A stretch of DNA of 7,589 bases from positions 1-7,589 of IMG/VR virus record IMGVR_UViG_2681813321_000012, one strand, 5' to 3'. The notes below the pieces were generated by a model that worked only from the letters and a program-made list of their open reading frames with translations, searched no databases and was not told the origin of the DNA. This stretch comes from a virus. Its lineage: Duplodnaviria; Heunggongvirae; Uroviricota; Caudoviricetes. Position 1 is the first letter of the stretch. Each line of letters begins with the position of its first letter. Of the stretch, positions 5,956 through 7,589 are shown in pieces. The position numbers and the translations under genes are program-made.

Positions 5956-7589
5956 CGTCCACCTCCGGAGAACAAGCCACCATCACGCATCTGTGCCTGA
6001 ATTTCATCACGGGCACCCTTGCGGGCCATGTCATACACAGCCTTCAGCGCCTGTGGTCCAATCTGCCCGTTCGTGCCGTCGTTGTTAATCACCACATGGT
6101 TATTCTGCTCAAACTTCCCGGACGCCTGCGACCGGCTGTCCGCCAGACTGCCCGGTGTACCGACATAACCGCCGGTGGCATAGCCGCGCATAAGCCGGTA
6201 AAGATTCCCCACGCCAATCCGGCTGGTTGCCTCCTTCGTGAAGACAAACTCACCACGGTGAACAATCCCCGCTGGCTCATATTTGCCGCCGGTTCCCGTA
6301 AATCCTCCGGTCGCAAAATGGAATTTCGCCGCAGCTGCCTGAATGGCTGTACCGCCTGATGCGGATGCGCCGCCACCAACAGCCCCGCCAATGGCGCTAC
6401 CGATACTCCCGACAATCCCCACCATTGCCTGCTTAAGCAGAATTTCTGTCATCATGGACAGCACGGAACGGGTGAAGCTGCGCCAGTTCTGCTCACTGCC
6501 GGTCAGCATCGCTGCCATATTCTGTGCAATACCGTCAAAGGTCTGCGTGGCCACGCTTTTTACCTGCGAAAAACTGTCCGTCGCACTTTCCGCCCACTCA
6601 CCCCAGCCGGACTTCATCCCGGCCATCCAGCTTCCACGAAGCTGCTCCTCCGCAGACCAGGTGTTCTTCAGTGCAGATGTGGCCTTCGCCAGCGCATCCG
6701 GATTATCACCGTACACCTCACGAAGGCGCTGCTCTTCCGACTCCCGCTGCGCCTGACGGTCGGTGAGTCCGCGGGCTTTTGCGCTGATTGCCGCCTGCTT
6801 CGCACTCTGCTGCTGTTCAAACCGCGCCGCCTGCTGTGCCAGCTCATTCAGCCGTTTCTGGTGTTCAACCTTGTCGCCCAGCTCAGCCAGCTGGCGTTTG
6901 TACTCCAGCGTCTCTTTCTCATGAGCCAGCAGGGATTTTTCCTGCTCAGATAACTGCCGTTTCGTGGCGGCCTCTTTCAGGACCACATACTGATTTTCCG
7001 CTTTCCATAAATCCCGGCGCTGCTGGCTGATTTTTTCATTCGCACCGCTGTGCTTCTCCAGCGTCCTGAGCTCAGTTTCAAGCGACAGCATGGCTGCATG
7101 CGCCCGGTCTTCCTGGCGCTCACCGGCAGACACCTTCACACCTGACGGCTTTTTCTGCGTCGATTCATAATCCTTTTTTGCCGACGCCATCAGCGTGTTG
7201 TAATCCGCCTGCAGGATTTTTCCGTCTTTCAGGGCCTTATTCAGCTCTTCCTGCCGGGCGGTATATTTCTCCAGTGGCGTCAGCAGGCGCTCATACGCCT
7301 TCTGCGCCTCTCCGGTATACTTCAGCTGTGACGACTCACGCTCAGCCCTGTCCCTTGCCGCCAGTTCACCGGCTTTTTCCATATCCGACTGCAGCGTGGC
7401 CGCTGCCAGACCCAGACGGGCATTTTCCCGGTCATCCCATGCGCCCTGAAGGTTGGCCCGGAAAGAGGAGGTTTTACCGCGGCGCTGGCTCCGGCTCTGG
7501 TACCACTGCCATTTTTTATCCGCCTCATCAAATGCCTTCTGCGCACTGGCGAGCATATCCGCTGAGGATTCCGGACGACCGATATCCAG
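5952..7589 (-). CDS. H: Tape measure protein H, C-terminal 545 codons (5' end beyond the window)
   Basis: The frame is open from the stop at 5952-5954 to the window edge. The Met at 7556 in the track is only the first in-window Met, not the true start (lambda H is about 853 aa as I recall). Translation is rich in E/K/Q/A/L heptad-like sequence (coiled coil) with a Gly/Ala-rich hydrophobic segment near the C-terminus and the ending ...MRDGGLFSGGGR. The gene order H-M-L matches lambda. Confidence 0.9.
   Translation of the reverse strand: MDIGRPESSADMLASAQKAFDEADKKWQWYQSRSQRRGKTSSFRANLQGAWDDRENARLGLAAATLQSDMEKAGELAARDRAERESSQLKYTGEAQKAYERLLTPLEKYTARQEELNKALKDGKILQADYNTLMASAKKDYESTQKKPSGVKVSAGERQEDRAHAAMLSLETELRTLEKHSGANEKISQQRRDLWKAENQYVVLKEAATKRQLSEQEKSLLAHEKETLEYKRQLAELGDKVEHQKRLNELAQQAARFEQQQSAKQAAISAKARGLTDRQAQRESEEQRLREVYGDNPDALAKATSALKNTWSAEEQLRGSWMAGMKSGWGEWAESATDSFSQVKSVATQTFDGIAQNMAAMLTGSEQNWRSFTRSVLSMMTEILLKQAMVGIVGSIGSAIGGAVGGGASASGGTAIQAAAAKFHFATGGFTGTGGKYEPAGIVHRGEFVFTKEATSRIGVGNLYRLMRGYATGGYVGTPGSLADSRSQASGKFEQNNHVVINNDGTNGQIGPQALKAVYDMARKGARDEIQAQMRDGGLFSGGGR

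Larger units (their letters stand above)
3824..6551. repeat. Direct near-identical repeat pair (3824-5182 and 5193-6551, about 1359 bp each) flanking the second N run
   Basis: Contig-like block ends match: 5171-5182 ggtctgcgtggc equals 6540-6551, and 5193-5200 gcgctcag equals 3824-3831. The encoded L, M and H segments are colinear with amino-acid differences. Confidence 0.9.

Noticed and set aside
2282-7546. Assorted alternative-frame ORFs on both strands (e.g. 2282-2500-, 2333-2539+, 2422-2604+, 2687-3010+, 2938-3174-, 3007-3228+, 3110-3304+, 3344-3538+, 3630-3818-, 3703-4353+, 3737-3934+, 4233-4667+, 4325-4990+, 4822-5046-, 4974-5258+, 5761-6000+, 5910-6359+, 6089-6415-, 6343-6756+, 6524-6766+, 6788-7030+, 7322-7546-)
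   Set aside because: All overlap the well-supported I, K, L, M or H frames. Translations are Arg/Pro/Ser/Cys-rich, as expected for off-frame reads of GC-rich coding DNA, and several occur in duplicate only because of the repeated block.
5952-7556. Met at 7556 as the start of H (534-aa ORF in the track)
   Set aside because: The frame stays open upstream to the window edge and a tape measure protein of this family is much longer; the true start lies beyond position 7589.
1-7589. CRISPR arrays, tRNA/rRNA genes, insertion-sequence ends or integrase
   Set aside because: No short regularly spaced repeats, no tRNA-like cloverleaf candidates that I could see, and no transposase or integrase-like ORF; the only repeats are the two long gap-flanking duplications.

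Overview
The window is the tail-tip assembly module of a lambda-like (lambdoid) prophage, all encoded on the minus strand in the order H (tape measure, 5' end off-window) - M - L - K - I - small lipoprotein - J (N-terminal part, 3' end off-window). Gene identities rest on my recognition of the phage lambda H/M/L/K/I/J proteins from the translations; no database search was run. Two 10-N runs (533-542 and 5183-5192) split the window into three blocks. The sequence on either side of each gap is a near-identical but not identical copy of sequence elsewhere in the window (1-532 matches 703-1234; 5193-6551 matches 3824-5182). So the second M gene, the L and H fragments and the 347-aa ORF spanning the second gap most likely reflect scaffolded overlapping contigs or collapsed paralogous prophages, not a real tandem tail operon. 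The ORF track misses J entirely because it has no stop inside the window; manual translation from the ATG at 1792 gives MGKGSSKGHTPREARDNLKST, the lambda J N-terminus. The most interesting feature is an AT-rich ~480-bp insert between I and J, where lambda has only a short intergenic spacer. It carries a 112-aa predicted outer-membrane lipoprotein that I do not recognise, followed by its own intrinsic terminator: a classic moron, placed next to the receptor-binding protein gene. All plus-strand ORFs in the track look like antisense shadows of the tail genes.
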